From: Histomonas meleagridis 2922-C6/04-290x
Taxonomy: Eukaryota > Protista > Parabasalia
Length of the DNA: 64,000 nt
Direction of reading: 5' to 3'
NCBI GenBank assembly: GCA_020184695.1
Contig: JAANOX010000245.1
Coordinates: 248,001 to 312,000, forward strand
The number at the start of each line of letters is the position of its first letter. The first letter of the stretch is position 1. The translations under genes and the position numbers were made by a program. The notes beneath the pieces are model-generated. The model ran no database searches and had not been told where the DNA came from. It saw only the letters and a program-made list of their open reading frames with translations. This document shows, in pieces, positions 54,139-64,000 of the stretch.

Positions 54139-57100
54139 ATGGGAAATAGTCAAACGCAAATCAAAGAAGAAAATATAGATCCGATAGGAATGTTACAACA
54201 AATAGAAAATTATATCTTTAAAATGAACGAAAATAATATTCCAGAAACAGTTGAATCAACATTATTTATTAAAACTCGCCAATATCCATATTCATTTAAG
54301 CTTATAATTTGTCAATTACTTTATTCGTATTTTTTAATGGGAAATGAAAATATTCAATTAATTTTCGAATATATAAAATTATTTAAAATGAAAGAAGAAG
54401 AATTATATAATCAAAAAAAAGATACAAATAATGAAACGAAAGAAGATAATATCATTAATATTTTTACAGATTTTCTTTTTAATAATAAAACACAAGAATC
54501 GAATTATATTCTCGAAAGATTAACTGAAAATAAAATAATTGAAGAAAATAAGATCAGATATATAAACTCATTGTTATTTATTCATTATAAAAGAAAAAAC
54601 GAAATTAATGATATAAAGTCTGATTTTCTAAAATCAATTTTAGATAATTACAAAGAGCTTTCGAGGAATGATTTTGAACTTCATAAGCAATATGTTAAAG
54701 AAGGACATAATCCAAATGAAATAGCAAAAATAATTCGAAATGATGAAGTAGAAAAACTTCAAGAAATATCATCACAAACAAATTTTGATTTTAATCAAAA
54801 AATTAAACCATCACTTTATGAAATATGTTCATTTATAAATGAAGAAAATGTTTCATTAATTGATTATGCAGCATTTTTTGGATCAGTTAAATGTTTTAAA
54901 TATTTACTTATGAATGGTGCAAATGTAGAAAACGCAGGTAAATATGCAGTTGCAAGTGAGAATGAAGAAATTATTCATTTATGTGAACAAAATCATTCTT
55001 CATTTGAAGATGCATATGAAACAGCAATTATGTTTCATCGAAATGATATCTTTAAATACATTTATGAAAATAAATCAGAAAATATTATGCATACTGATTT
55101 ATTAATTGAATGTGTTTTTTATTCTAATTATGAAATACTTTCATTACTAATCGATAAAGAAAATAAAAATTTTTATGAACTTATCAAAACTTCGATTAAA
55201 ACTGGAAATATATTTTTATTTAAATATTTTGTAAATAATAATATAGATAAAATCCCTAAAAATGTTTTAAGTTTTATTTTAATTTCAAGAAATAAAGAAC
55301 TTTTTAAAGATATTCTTAAAAATAAATTTATATTGATTAAAAGTAATGATGATATTTAATTAATTTATATATAGTTTTATATTAATAATTTAATGTATCA
55401 AAAATTTAATTAACGTTTTATTTAATTATTTTATTTACAAATTATAAATAATTTTAATTTTAGTTCTACAGAAATGTATAAGTTCTTATTTAAGCAAAAT
55501 ACAATCGAAATTAATGCTAAAGATATTTCTAAATTTTATATAATATTGATATTAATAATTTTATATTTCAAAATAATATTTGGAAATTATTTAAATTATT
55601 TTATACAGCACTTATGGTAGCATCTTCAAAAGGTTATACTAAGATAGTTAAATTACTTCTTGAACAAGAAGGAATTGATATTAATGCTAAAGGTATTTAT
55701 TTGTTTTATTTGATATTTATTTTAATATTTTTATATTTCAATATAATATTTGGAAATTATTTAAAATATTTAATACAGCACTTATATTTGCATCTGCAAA
55801 TGGTAATACAGAAATAGTTAAATTACTTCTTGAAAAAGAAGGAATTGATATTAATGCTAAAAATATTTATTTGTTTTATTTGATATTTATTTTAATATTT
55901 TTATATTTCAATATAATATTTGGAAATTATTTAAAATATTTAATACAGCACTTATGAAAGCATCTTTTAATGGTCATATAGAAATAGTTCAATTACTTCT
56001 TGAAAAAGAAGGAATTGATATTAATGCTAAAAATATTTATTTGTTTTATTTGATATTTATTTTAATAATTTGATATAATAAAATAATATTTGGAAATTAT
56101 TTAAATTATTTAATACGGCACTTATATTTGCATCTGAATATGACTATACAGAAATAGTTAAATTACTTCTTGAACAAGAAGGAATTAATATTAATGCTAA
56201 AGATATTTATTTGTTTTATTTAATATTTATTTTAATAATTTTCTATTTCAAAATAATATTTGGAAATTATTTAAATTATTTTATACAGCACTTATGGTAG
56301 CATCTTCAAAAGGTTATACTAAGATAGTTAAATTACTTCTTGAACAAGAAGGAATTGATATTAATGCTAAAAATATTTATTTGTTTTATTTGATATTTAT
56401 TTTAATATTTTTATATTTCAATATAATATTTGGAAATTATTTAAATTATTTAATACAGCTCTTATGAAAGCATCTGAAAAAGGTTATATAGATATAGTAA
56501 AATTACTTTTTGAACAAGAAGGAATTGATATTAATGCTAAAAATCCTTGTTTATGTTATTTATTTTTTATTTAAATAATTAGGAATTTCAAAATAATATT
56601 TGGAAATTATATTAAATAATTAGAACAGCACTTATATATGCTTCTACATACCATAAAACAGAAATAGTTAAATTACTACTTGAACAAGAAGGAATTGATC
56701 TTAATGCTAAATGTATTTATTCTTTTTGTTTAGAATTTATAATGACATTTTGATATTTCAAAGCAATATTTGGAAATTATTTAAATTATATACAGCACTT
56801 GTAATAGCATCTTATTATGATTATACTGACATAGTTAAATTACTACTTAAACAAGAAGGAATTGATATTAATATTAGAGATATATATTTGTTTTATTTAA
56901 TCTTTATTTTAATAATTTTTTATTTCAAAATAATGTTTGGAATTTATTAAAAATATTTAAAACAGCACTTATGTATGCAACTATAAATGGTTATATAGAA
57001 ACATTTAAATTACTTCTTGAACAAGAAGGAATTGATATTAATATTAAAAATATCCAATTACTAAATAAATTATTTCTTATATAATTTTGATATAGTTTCA

Positions 57101-57880
57101 TTAAATTTGGAATTAAATTTCAATAATTGAAACATCACTTACATTGGCTTCAAAAAATGGACATATAGAAATAGTTAAATTACTTCTTGAACAAAATGGA
57201 ATTGATATTAATCCTCAAGATATTAAATTGAATAATAACGAATATCAAAAAATATTTTTATGATTTTATTAAATATTATATGAATAAATTATATAATCAA
57301 AACACCACTTATATGGGCATCAGAGAGAGGTTTTATAGAAATAGTTAAAGTTTTACTTAAACAAAAAAGAATTAATATTAACATGAAAGATATTTCAATA
57401 CATCAAGTAATGACTTAATTAATCATTTTGTAATTGAAAATAATATTTGGAGATTATTTATATTTTATAATACAGCACTAATTTGGGCATCTATTAATGG
57501 AAATGTAAAAATAGTTAAAATATTACTTAAACAAAAAAACATTGATATTAATGCTAAAAATTTATATATTTTTCAAATAATATTTATATAAATTATTTTG
57601 GATTTCGCTATAATATTTGGAATTTATTTATATTTACTAAAACAGCACTTATAAAAGCCATTGAAAATGCAAGAATAAAAGTTATTAAATTACTATTAAA
57701 AAAAGATAATCTTGATATAAATATAAGTGATATTAAAATATTTCATTTTTATTTGCTCTTAAATAATTAAAATCATATAATTTAATTTGGAATTTATTAC
57801 GCTTAAATGAAACAATTTTCACACATGCATTAAAAAAGGGTAATAATGAAATCATAAATTTACTAGAAAAATATAAATAA
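54139..57880 (+). CDS. DUF3447/ankyrin-repeat protein (gene C), interrupted by 60 non-canonical 17/18-nt segments; about 906 aa after removal
   Basis: The DUF3447 ORF runs to 55353. Fourteen stop-free 90-nt exons start at 55435, 55605, ... 57642 (period 170 nt, once 167). A final 22-codon exon starts at 57812 and ends at TAA 57878-57880. All 15 junctions parse as 4x(17+3), with one 18-mer and one missing codon. Confidence 0.8.
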
Positions 57881-58095
57881 AAAATTTATATAATCTGTTT
57901 TTCCTAAAATTCAAAATATTAATCATCTTTGTACATAAACATGCAATAATTGAAATAGATATGAAACACATGATTTAGCTAATAGCTAACATATACAAGA
58001 TAAGGTTGATTATCCAAATTTATCGTTTATTAAACACGACATGATGAATACTATCACAAAGTGAATAATTGATTTAGTTTAGTTAACTATTTTTT

Positions 58096-58171
58096 GTTTC
58101 AATATTCTGTTTATTGGAAATTCCTTGGAAAATTTGATACAGCACTTATGATTGTAATTAAAATAACATGA
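58096..58171 (+). pseudogene. Degenerate ankyrin-junction remnant
   Basis: GGA|17 nt 58119-58135|GAT ACA GCA CTT ATG (G-D-TALM), then a stop at 58169. Confidence 0.4.
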
Positions 58172-58626
58172 TATTTTAATGCATTTAATTCTCTGGCAAA
58201 GGTAAATGATTAAATAAACAACTAATTAAATATAAACGCAAAATGAATTTGAAAATTTTAAAAAGAAATAAAGAATTTAAAATCGATTTCCAAACTCTCC
58301 TTAAGATTTTTCCATTCTTTTACGCTTTGCGATTCTAACAAATGAGAAAAAAATGTATCAAAACAATTTATTTTTATTTATTAACAAAGCCAATCCTTAT
58401 AACTTCTATAACTTATCTCCTCTTAACTTCCGGCTCCAACAAATTTATCACATTTTTCACTAAAAAGTTTCGCTGATTCACATTTCACTTCGATGAAGTT
58501 TCACATATCTTAACATCAATTTTATCTTTTGAAGTATTATTTCACAAATATATTAAAATGAAAAAACATTATAAGTTTTTCCCCTTCCTTCCTTTTAACA
58601 AAACGATTATTCGCATTTTTCGAACT

Positions 58627-60182
58627 TTATAAATTATTAATATGATTAAAGTCTTTAGCGAATGGATCTTCTTCAATGCATGAAATGTTATTACACATTT
58701 CGAGTTTGTTCGATACTCCGATTTCGTCATTACTATTTATACTTTCGCTGTTTTCTTTCGTTTTCGTTTATGATATAATATCATAACAATTATTAATGCA
58801 ATGACAACGACAACAATCACTACAACACAAACAATTACAATAAGTATAACATTATTATCATTCTGTTCATTTGGATTAAAATATATATAAAATCTAGCTT
58901 AAAATTCATAAAGCGAATAATATCGAATAACGGTATATTCATAATATACAAATTCGTATACGAAATAACATAAGTTGAATGATATATTGAGTATATCAAT
59001 GTATTCGATATAAACGAATTATTTATAATAATAGTTTCCGTAATTTTAAAATATGTCAAAACTAAAGAATATGTTAATGAAATACTTTCTGTAACATATT
59101 GCGCTATTGCGAGTGTATTTGACTTAGTAAATGAATTCGATTCAGTAAATGTATTCGAATGAGAAAATGTATTTTATTCAGTAAATGAATTCGAATGAGA
59201 AAATGTATTTGATAATGAAAATGTTAATATCGGTACGCATTCTGCCATTGTTTCGTGTCGAGCAGTTAGGCCACAAAATGTTTCTTTTTGATAATCCCCT
59301 AAACAATTAACAGATGAAGCTAATGCACTTGCAAAACAATTTGATCCGAAAGTTGGTTCTTCTTCACCAGAATAAAATAAACACATAAGAGATGAGCATT
59401 GATAAAATGCGTAATAGCCAATATTTGTTATGTTTGGTCCTAAGTAAATTGTATTCATATAAACGCATCTTTCGAATGAATGTGTTCCAATGGTTTCAAT
59501 TGATTCGCGAAGTTTCATGATTGTAATTCCTGATGAACTAAATGTGTAATCATCAATTGCTTTAAGATTTGTAGGTAATGTTATTTCTTTAAGGGAAGTG
59601 CAACCAGAAAATGCATACGCTCCAATTGTAGTTAAATTACTTCCCATTATTGTAAATGTTTTAAGTTTTTCACAATCACTAAATGCATATGTTTCAATTG
59701 TTTGTGTACTTGAAGGAAGTAAAATTTATGTTATTCCACTGTACTGAAATGCGTTACTTCGAATTGTTGTAATTCCAATACCAAATGTAATTGTTGATAA
59801 CGATGAACAATAGTTAAAAGCATTTTCACCAATTGATTTAACTGTGTCAGGGATTGTAATACTTAGTAATAATTTACAATTTGAAAATAAATTACTTGAA
59901 ATTGAAATCAATTTTTGATTCATGTCAACACTTTGTAAAGATGCGCAAGAATCAAACACTAATGGACTTATGAAATATGTCTCTTTGGTCACTTGGGATA
60001 TAAGTGACATTATTGCCAGTAAATACGAGTTCAACGATCTGATTTTGAATGAGCTTTATATTTTCAAAATCGAGTTGATTTTCGATAAAATAAGTTTTCC
60101 TGATTCTTTGATCCATTGCTTTTCCCAATCAAATTCAAGTGAAATCTGAAAGAATAAGATGATAAAATGTAGATAGAACAAC
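58627..60182 (-). pseudogene. BspA-like surface protein pseudogene
   Basis: The N-terminus FDWEKQWIKESGKL is paralogous to FDWEEQWENETGKL of 29187-31856. It has frameshifts, an apparent internal deletion, in-frame TAA at 59726 and 59174, a broken TM region and the tail EEDPFAKDF. Confidence 0.85.
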
Positions 60183-60632
60183 TGGATTTTAAACGGTCAA
60201 AAATCTGCAAAGCACGTTATTTATCACTTTGCATGTCATCAAATAAACGGCCTCTTAACGTGCAATTTTCTTGTGTGTTTTTGGTTGAACTCCATCAAAT
60301 TAAAAGTTATGATGGATTCTAGAAAATTTCAACATCGTCCATCCCATGCCGATATAAGTGTTATAACAAAATGTTTGAAAAGGATTTAAATAATGATCTA
60401 AAATCTAATATTAAATCAAACAGAACTGCATAAGAAATTGGTTAGGAAAAATCTGGGACACAACAAAATGAAGTATGTTAAGCGAAGAATTAAAATGTGG
60501 AAATCAGGAAAACCTGTAAGAGGGAAATTTCTCACGTTGGTGTTTCCACCATAAATTGTTATACCAGCCAAACAATAATGAAAAATGACATCAAAAATTT
60601 AGCAATGAAATATATTGTTATAAGAAATCAAT

Positions 60633-61358
60633 TTATTCAGTTTTAGTTTTTTTGGTTTGCTTTGCTTTATTTTCCGTTTTTGGAGAAAAAATGGATTGTA
60701 TACATTTGAAAATCAGATAAAGTGTGATCTGAAATCCAAATATAATCAATGCAAAATATATAAATTGTTTGTTCTTTTGGATGAAAGCAATGGCTTTGAT
60801 TATTGCATTGTCTAGCATGTCTTCTGGTGATTGATTATTCTTTTGTGGGTTATTAATTATTTTCTCGAATTTTGGATCAAGTTTTGCAACTTCAATTTCT
60901 TCTATTAAAAATGCAACGTACTGATCTACGTCATTTCCAACTCTGTCTGTGATTAAAATTTCAATGACTTTTTGAGATATAAAAATTATGTTATAATTGT
61001 AATTGTTATATAAAAATTGCGTGGAATAATGGGAGAAATCATCTTCGGTAAATGTGAACTTAGTTGGTTTCTCATCTGTTTTAGATTTGAATGTTCCTGA
61101 ATTTTCAGATTCGTATATAATTTCAAACTGTGCAACACGTGGGTTAACCTTTTCTTTGATTCCAATATTTGGTTTCTCGTTACTTCTCCATATTGTTATA
61201 ATTGTATTAGATGATGTCTTGTTTAAATGAAACTCAAAAGAATATAGAATTTCATCTTGATATTCAACAGACGATCCTTTGTGTACATCCCACTCTTTTA
61301 CAAGAGCATCTTTTGCAACAATACAAATAGTTGCATGAATCAAACCAATAAACAGCAT
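60633..61358 (-). CDS. Hypothetical single-pass membrane protein
   Basis: Signal-like MLFIGLIHATIC, C-terminal TM FIYFALIIFGFQITLYLIF and a basic tail. Confidence 0.7.
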   Translation of the reverse strand: MLFIGLIHATICIVAKDALVKEWDVHKGSSVEYQDEILYSFEFHLNKTSSNTIITIWRSNEKPNIGIKEKVNPRVAQFEIIYESENSGTFKSKTDEKPTKFTFTEDDFSHYSTQFLYNNYNYNIIFISQKVIEILITDRVGNDVDQYVAFLIEEIEVAKLDPKFEKIINNPQKNNQSPEDMLDNAIIKAIAFIQKNKQFIYFALIIFGFQITLYLIFKCIQSIFSPKTENKAKQTKKTKTE

Positions 61359-61617
61359 TGGAAACCGAAAAGTGACACTCTTCTGTTTTAGCTAAAATCT
61401 AAATTCCAAGAAACCACATATCTAAAAATAAAATCAATTCAATATTTAGTATTAAAATAACCACTATTTGGAATTTAAGTGAAATATAAATTTTTAATTT
61501 TCACAATTTAATTATCTTATTAATTTTAATTTTTTTTGCCAAAGAATTCTACAAGTAAAATGAGCTGTTTTAATGCTTTCAAAACAAATTTATCATAAAA
61601 AAAGAATGCTCAATTGT

Positions 61618-62337
61618 TTAGATCATACGAAGAACGAGCTGGTCAATGAGGTTTTCACGGTTGCCGTAGTCTCCTCCTTCGACGTAGTGACGACGTGGTT
61701 GGCGGAATCCGCCCTTTGGTGTGTTAAGTTGGAATGGCCAGAGGAACCTGTTGGCAACGGTGAAGTTTGGACCGCATGTGTAGATTTCATGTGCAACATC
61801 TTCAACTGATTCAATTCCAAACTTTCCTAATGTTGCATATACGATATCATTTGTTGTGAGAGGAAGGCGTTGACCATTAACAGCTGCATAGCCACGCTTG
61901 AAAATGAGTTGGCGAACAACTTCTGGTGATGGATAGCCATAAGCAACATATGATTCTACACGCTTAAGCATTTCGAGAGTTGCTTTGTTGATGCGGATGA
62001 AAACAGCGTTGAGTCTTTGACGAAGGCGGAAGAGTTGGAGGATCTTACGAGTTCTTGGATCAATTCCATTGAGACCACGGATACGGATGACAAGGGCAAC
62101 CTTAGCTTCAGCTGGAACATAGAAAGCACCTTCGGCAGCAGCCTTGTTTTTGGCTTCGATTATTTCCTTTTCCTTTGCAACAAGTTCTTGTGCATATTGC
62201 TTTGAACGTGCTAATATGCGTTCAGCACGAGCTTGGGCTTCTTGTGCAAGAGCATCGCGTTTCTTTGTGTATTCAGCTGATTCCTTTTGTTTGCGTTCTT
62301 GGATCTTGCGAAGTGTTTCTGGGAGTGGTTTGGACAT
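61618..62337 (-). CDS. RPL7: 60S ribosomal protein L7 (uL30)
   Basis: FYVPAEAKVALVIRIRGLNG...KILQLFRLRQ...YGYPS...KRGY...NRFLWPFQL...HYVEGGDYGNRE. The true start is MSKPLPETL at 62337; the ORF-track start at 62490 is an upstream extension. Confidence 0.95.
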   Translation of the reverse strand: MSKPLPETLRKIQERKQKESAEYTKKRDALAQEAQARAERILARSKQYAQELVAKEKEIIEAKNKAAAEGAFYVPAEAKVALVIRIRGLNGIDPRTRKILQLFRLRQRLNAVFIRINKATLEMLKRVESYVAYGYPSPEVVRQLIFKRGYAAVNGQRLPLTTNDIVYATLGKFGIESVEDVAHEIYTCGPNFTVANRFLWPFQLNTPKGGFRQPRRHYVEGGDYGNRENLIDQLVLRMI

Positions 62338-62343
62338 CCAATA

Positions 62344-62348
62344 AAAGG
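62344..62348 (-). promoter_or_regulatory. CCTTT (trichomonad M5-type) core promoter motif
   Basis: CCTTT lies 6 nt upstream of the RPL7 ATG. M5 (CCTTT) is reported as an Inr alternative enriched at T. vaginalis ribosomal protein genes. Confidence 0.45.
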
Positions 62349-63283
62349 AGCGACCAAACCGCCGACTTGAAACAAAATAAAAAAGTGACTGCATGGGAAT
62401 CGAACCAATTCCCCTTAAAATTGTGAACAATTTTCTCATAAGATTTTGCCTAAGACTTAACTTAAGTTTTCTTATTTTTAACTGATGCAAAAAATGAAAG
62501 AGGAAAAGGGATAAGGAAGAAGTAGGAAATCATGATACAAATAGAATATATCATGAAATTTCAGAATTGAAACCAGATTCTGATCTCCAAAATGTTTCTG
62601 ATATTTTGATAAAATTAATTACACACATTATAAAAGCGTCATCGATATCGGCTTGTCATTATGTAGTCCAACGACACTTAAATTGATTCATAATAATATA
62701 GGATCGAAAAATAAAGAAGAAAAGTACATAAAAATTTGTTTCTCTCAATGCTTCACGCTGTGCAAATATATGGAAAGTGATAACATGATATTTTTATTCA
62801 AGAATTAAAACATTGTTATGAAACCCATAAAATTTATTGAGTTACATCTATCTAATGAGCAGATTAAAACATTTGTAATGTTCATTTAATGCTTTAGAAT
62901 TTTTTTTATTCGTAGCAACATATTAAATCAGATAAAGAAAATATTTTCATTGAACTTTAAATACAAAACAATCTTTGCTTGATTGAACCTTTTCGACTGT
63001 AGAAAAGATTCAAAACAAAAAAACGTTTTGTGAAATGCGATTAGTGAAATCTGAAATTTTATTATTTGGAAGCAAATATTAAATAAGTTATAAAGTATAG
63101 TCAAATGATAAAATATTTGTTGGAATATATTCAAACAATAACTTATTCAAATAAATTTCGTTCAAGTTCATTTAGAAAGGAATTCATAATGTTCATAAAA
63201 TTTTAGTTGTCATTACCAAGTTTAAAATCAAATTTCATGAATAGAAACCGAATAAATAATAAATGTATTTGAATACTAAAAAT

Positions 63284-64000
63284 TCAAACCCATTGATCAA
63301 TATCTTTTTTAACAAGACTTTTGATTTCGTTGTCGACATGCTCTGTTTGTTCTGCTTCGTAATTTATTGACATATGAGTTGATGCATCTGATGATGAATT
63401 GGTTTTCGCTTTGTTATTTTTTTTAATTAAAAATATTATAATTCCGATAATTATCAAAACAATTGCAACTGAACAACAGACAATACTAATGAGAGCACTT
63501 GTTGAAATTTGATTTTGTTCATCATTACCATTTTGATTATTTAATATTGTAAAGAAATTACTATAAATTTGGGAATAAGTAGAATAAATGATATTACCGT
63601 GTTCATAATGAACGAATTTCGTATTAATATATGTAAATGAAGAATTGATATAAGAAATTGTTAATGAATTTGTCATATATGAATTATAAATCGAAACTGT
63701 TATAGTAATTGACAAAATATTTGATAAAATGAATGAATGCGTTAAAGATGAATAATGTGAACTCTCATCTGTTAAAGAAAAGTCATTCAAATCAGTAAAT
63801 GAATTTGATTTAGTAAATGTATTTGATTTAGTAAATGTATTTGATTCAGTAAAAGTATTTGATTTAGTAAATGTATTTGATTCAGTAAAAGTATTTGATT
63901 TAGTAAATATTTTTGATTTAGTAAAAGTATTTGATTTAGTAAATATTTTTGATTTAGTAAAAGTATTTGATTTAGTAAATATTTTTGATTTAGTAAAGGT
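63284..64000 (-). CDS. 3' part of a surface protein (S/T-rich stalk, TM, cytosolic tail); 5' end outside the window
   Basis: The frame is open from 64000 (TFTKSKIFTKSNTFT...). TM ALISIVCCSVAIVLIIIGIIIFLI and tail ending KKDIDQWV*. Confidence 0.85.
   Translation of the reverse strand, partial: TFTKSKIFTKSNTFTKSKIFTKSNTFTKSKIFTKSNTFTESNTFTKSNTFTESNTFTKSNTFTKSNSFTDLNDFSLTDESSHYSSLTHSFILSNILSITITVSIYNSYMTNSLTISYINSSFTYINTKFVHYEHGNIIYSTYSQIYSNFFTILNNQNGNDEQNQISTSALISIVCCSVAIVLIIIGIIIFLIKKNNKAKTNSSSDASTHMSINYEAEQTEHVDNEIKSLVKKDIDQWV
63795..64000 (-). repeat. 18-nt coding tandem repeat (S-N/K-T/I-F-T-K/E hexapeptide)
   Basis: GATTTAGTAAATGTATTT-type units on the + strand, in frame with the stalk. 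Confidence 0.9.

Noticed and set aside
55695-55774. T4 gene 60-type ribosomal bypassing with matched take-off and landing codons
   Set aside because: The codon before each segment (GAT, TAT, GGA) generally does not match the last triplet of the segment (TTT or ATT). Unmatched hopping is not excluded.
55693-55778. One canonical GT...AG intron per ankyrin junction (GGTATTT...ATACAG)
   Set aside because: GT occurs at this position in only a couple of junctions. The AG is part of the Thr-Ala codons and is absent at 56115, 57132, 57302 and 57812. Such splicing would also delete the conserved Thr. No trichomonad ACTAAC branch motif is present.
55525-57811. Programmed -1 frameshift once per 170-nt unit
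   Set aside because: Many spacers contain in-frame stops before any shift point (for example TGA near 56071, TAA near 56572). Gene B junctions of 63 and 81 nt are in frame but still contain stops.
55525-57811. Two-intron model (51 nt + 6-nt exon TTTGGA + 17 nt)
   Set aside because: This was my first parse. It forces an almost invariant D-I-F-G linker and needs 34/52-nt variants. The 4x(17+3) parse explains all lengths and the 20-nt periodicity and gives natural ankyrin linkers.
54139-57880. Sequencing or assembly error, or stop-codon reassignment, as the explanation for the broken ankyrin genes
   Set aside because: Errors would not create periodic 17-nt inserts at 100 or more sites while neighbouring multi-kb ORFs stay intact. 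Intact genes end in TAA or TGA, and read-through would not fix the frame. The few 18-mers could be single-base errors.
59174-59728. In-frame TAA codons in the BspA-like locus as sense codons
   Set aside because: The same locus also has frameshifts and a deletion. Both TAA fit single TCA-to-TAA changes in a pseudogene.
5108-62426. Short ORFs antisense to or nested in long genes (for example 5108, 9221, 13204, 16285, 26557, 29170, 44272, 62144)
   Set aside because: They are shadow ORFs with no independent motifs.

Overview
AT-rich eukaryotic DNA that looks parabasalid (trichomonad; Histomonas/Tritrichomonas-like). The assignment rests on DUF3447-ankyrin genes, BspA/LRR_5 surface proteins, an R2R3 Myb, and compact genes that mostly have no introns. 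Housekeeping genes include a BEACH protein, a nitroreductase, a DHHC palmitoyltransferase, LSM4, a gankyrin-like protein, WASHC3, eIF2A, VPS28, RFT1, a PP2A-A-like HEAT protein and RPL7. The window also holds RPL8 and BspA pseudogenes, a 2.8 kb P-element-like transposon with 18-bp TIRs and an 8-bp TSD, a Tc1/IS630 remnant, and 37-nt and 21-nt tandem arrays. The main observation concerns three DUF3447-ankyrin genes (1041-3060 -, 22811-24950 -, 54139-57880 +) and one orphan fragment. They look like pseudogenes in the ORF track. However, nearly every ankyrin junction parses as [17-nt AT-rich segment + one 3-nt codon] x4. Removing about 103 such segments (no GT-AG; 100 are 17 nt and 3 are 18 nt) restores stop-free ORFs. 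The single retained codons spell the ankyrin D-x-x-G-x-T-A-L hairpin motif. This points to a precise, non-canonical excision or skipping process with single-codon micro-exons, for which I know no published description. The parse is visible in the sequence; the mechanism is inference and needs RNA or protein data.
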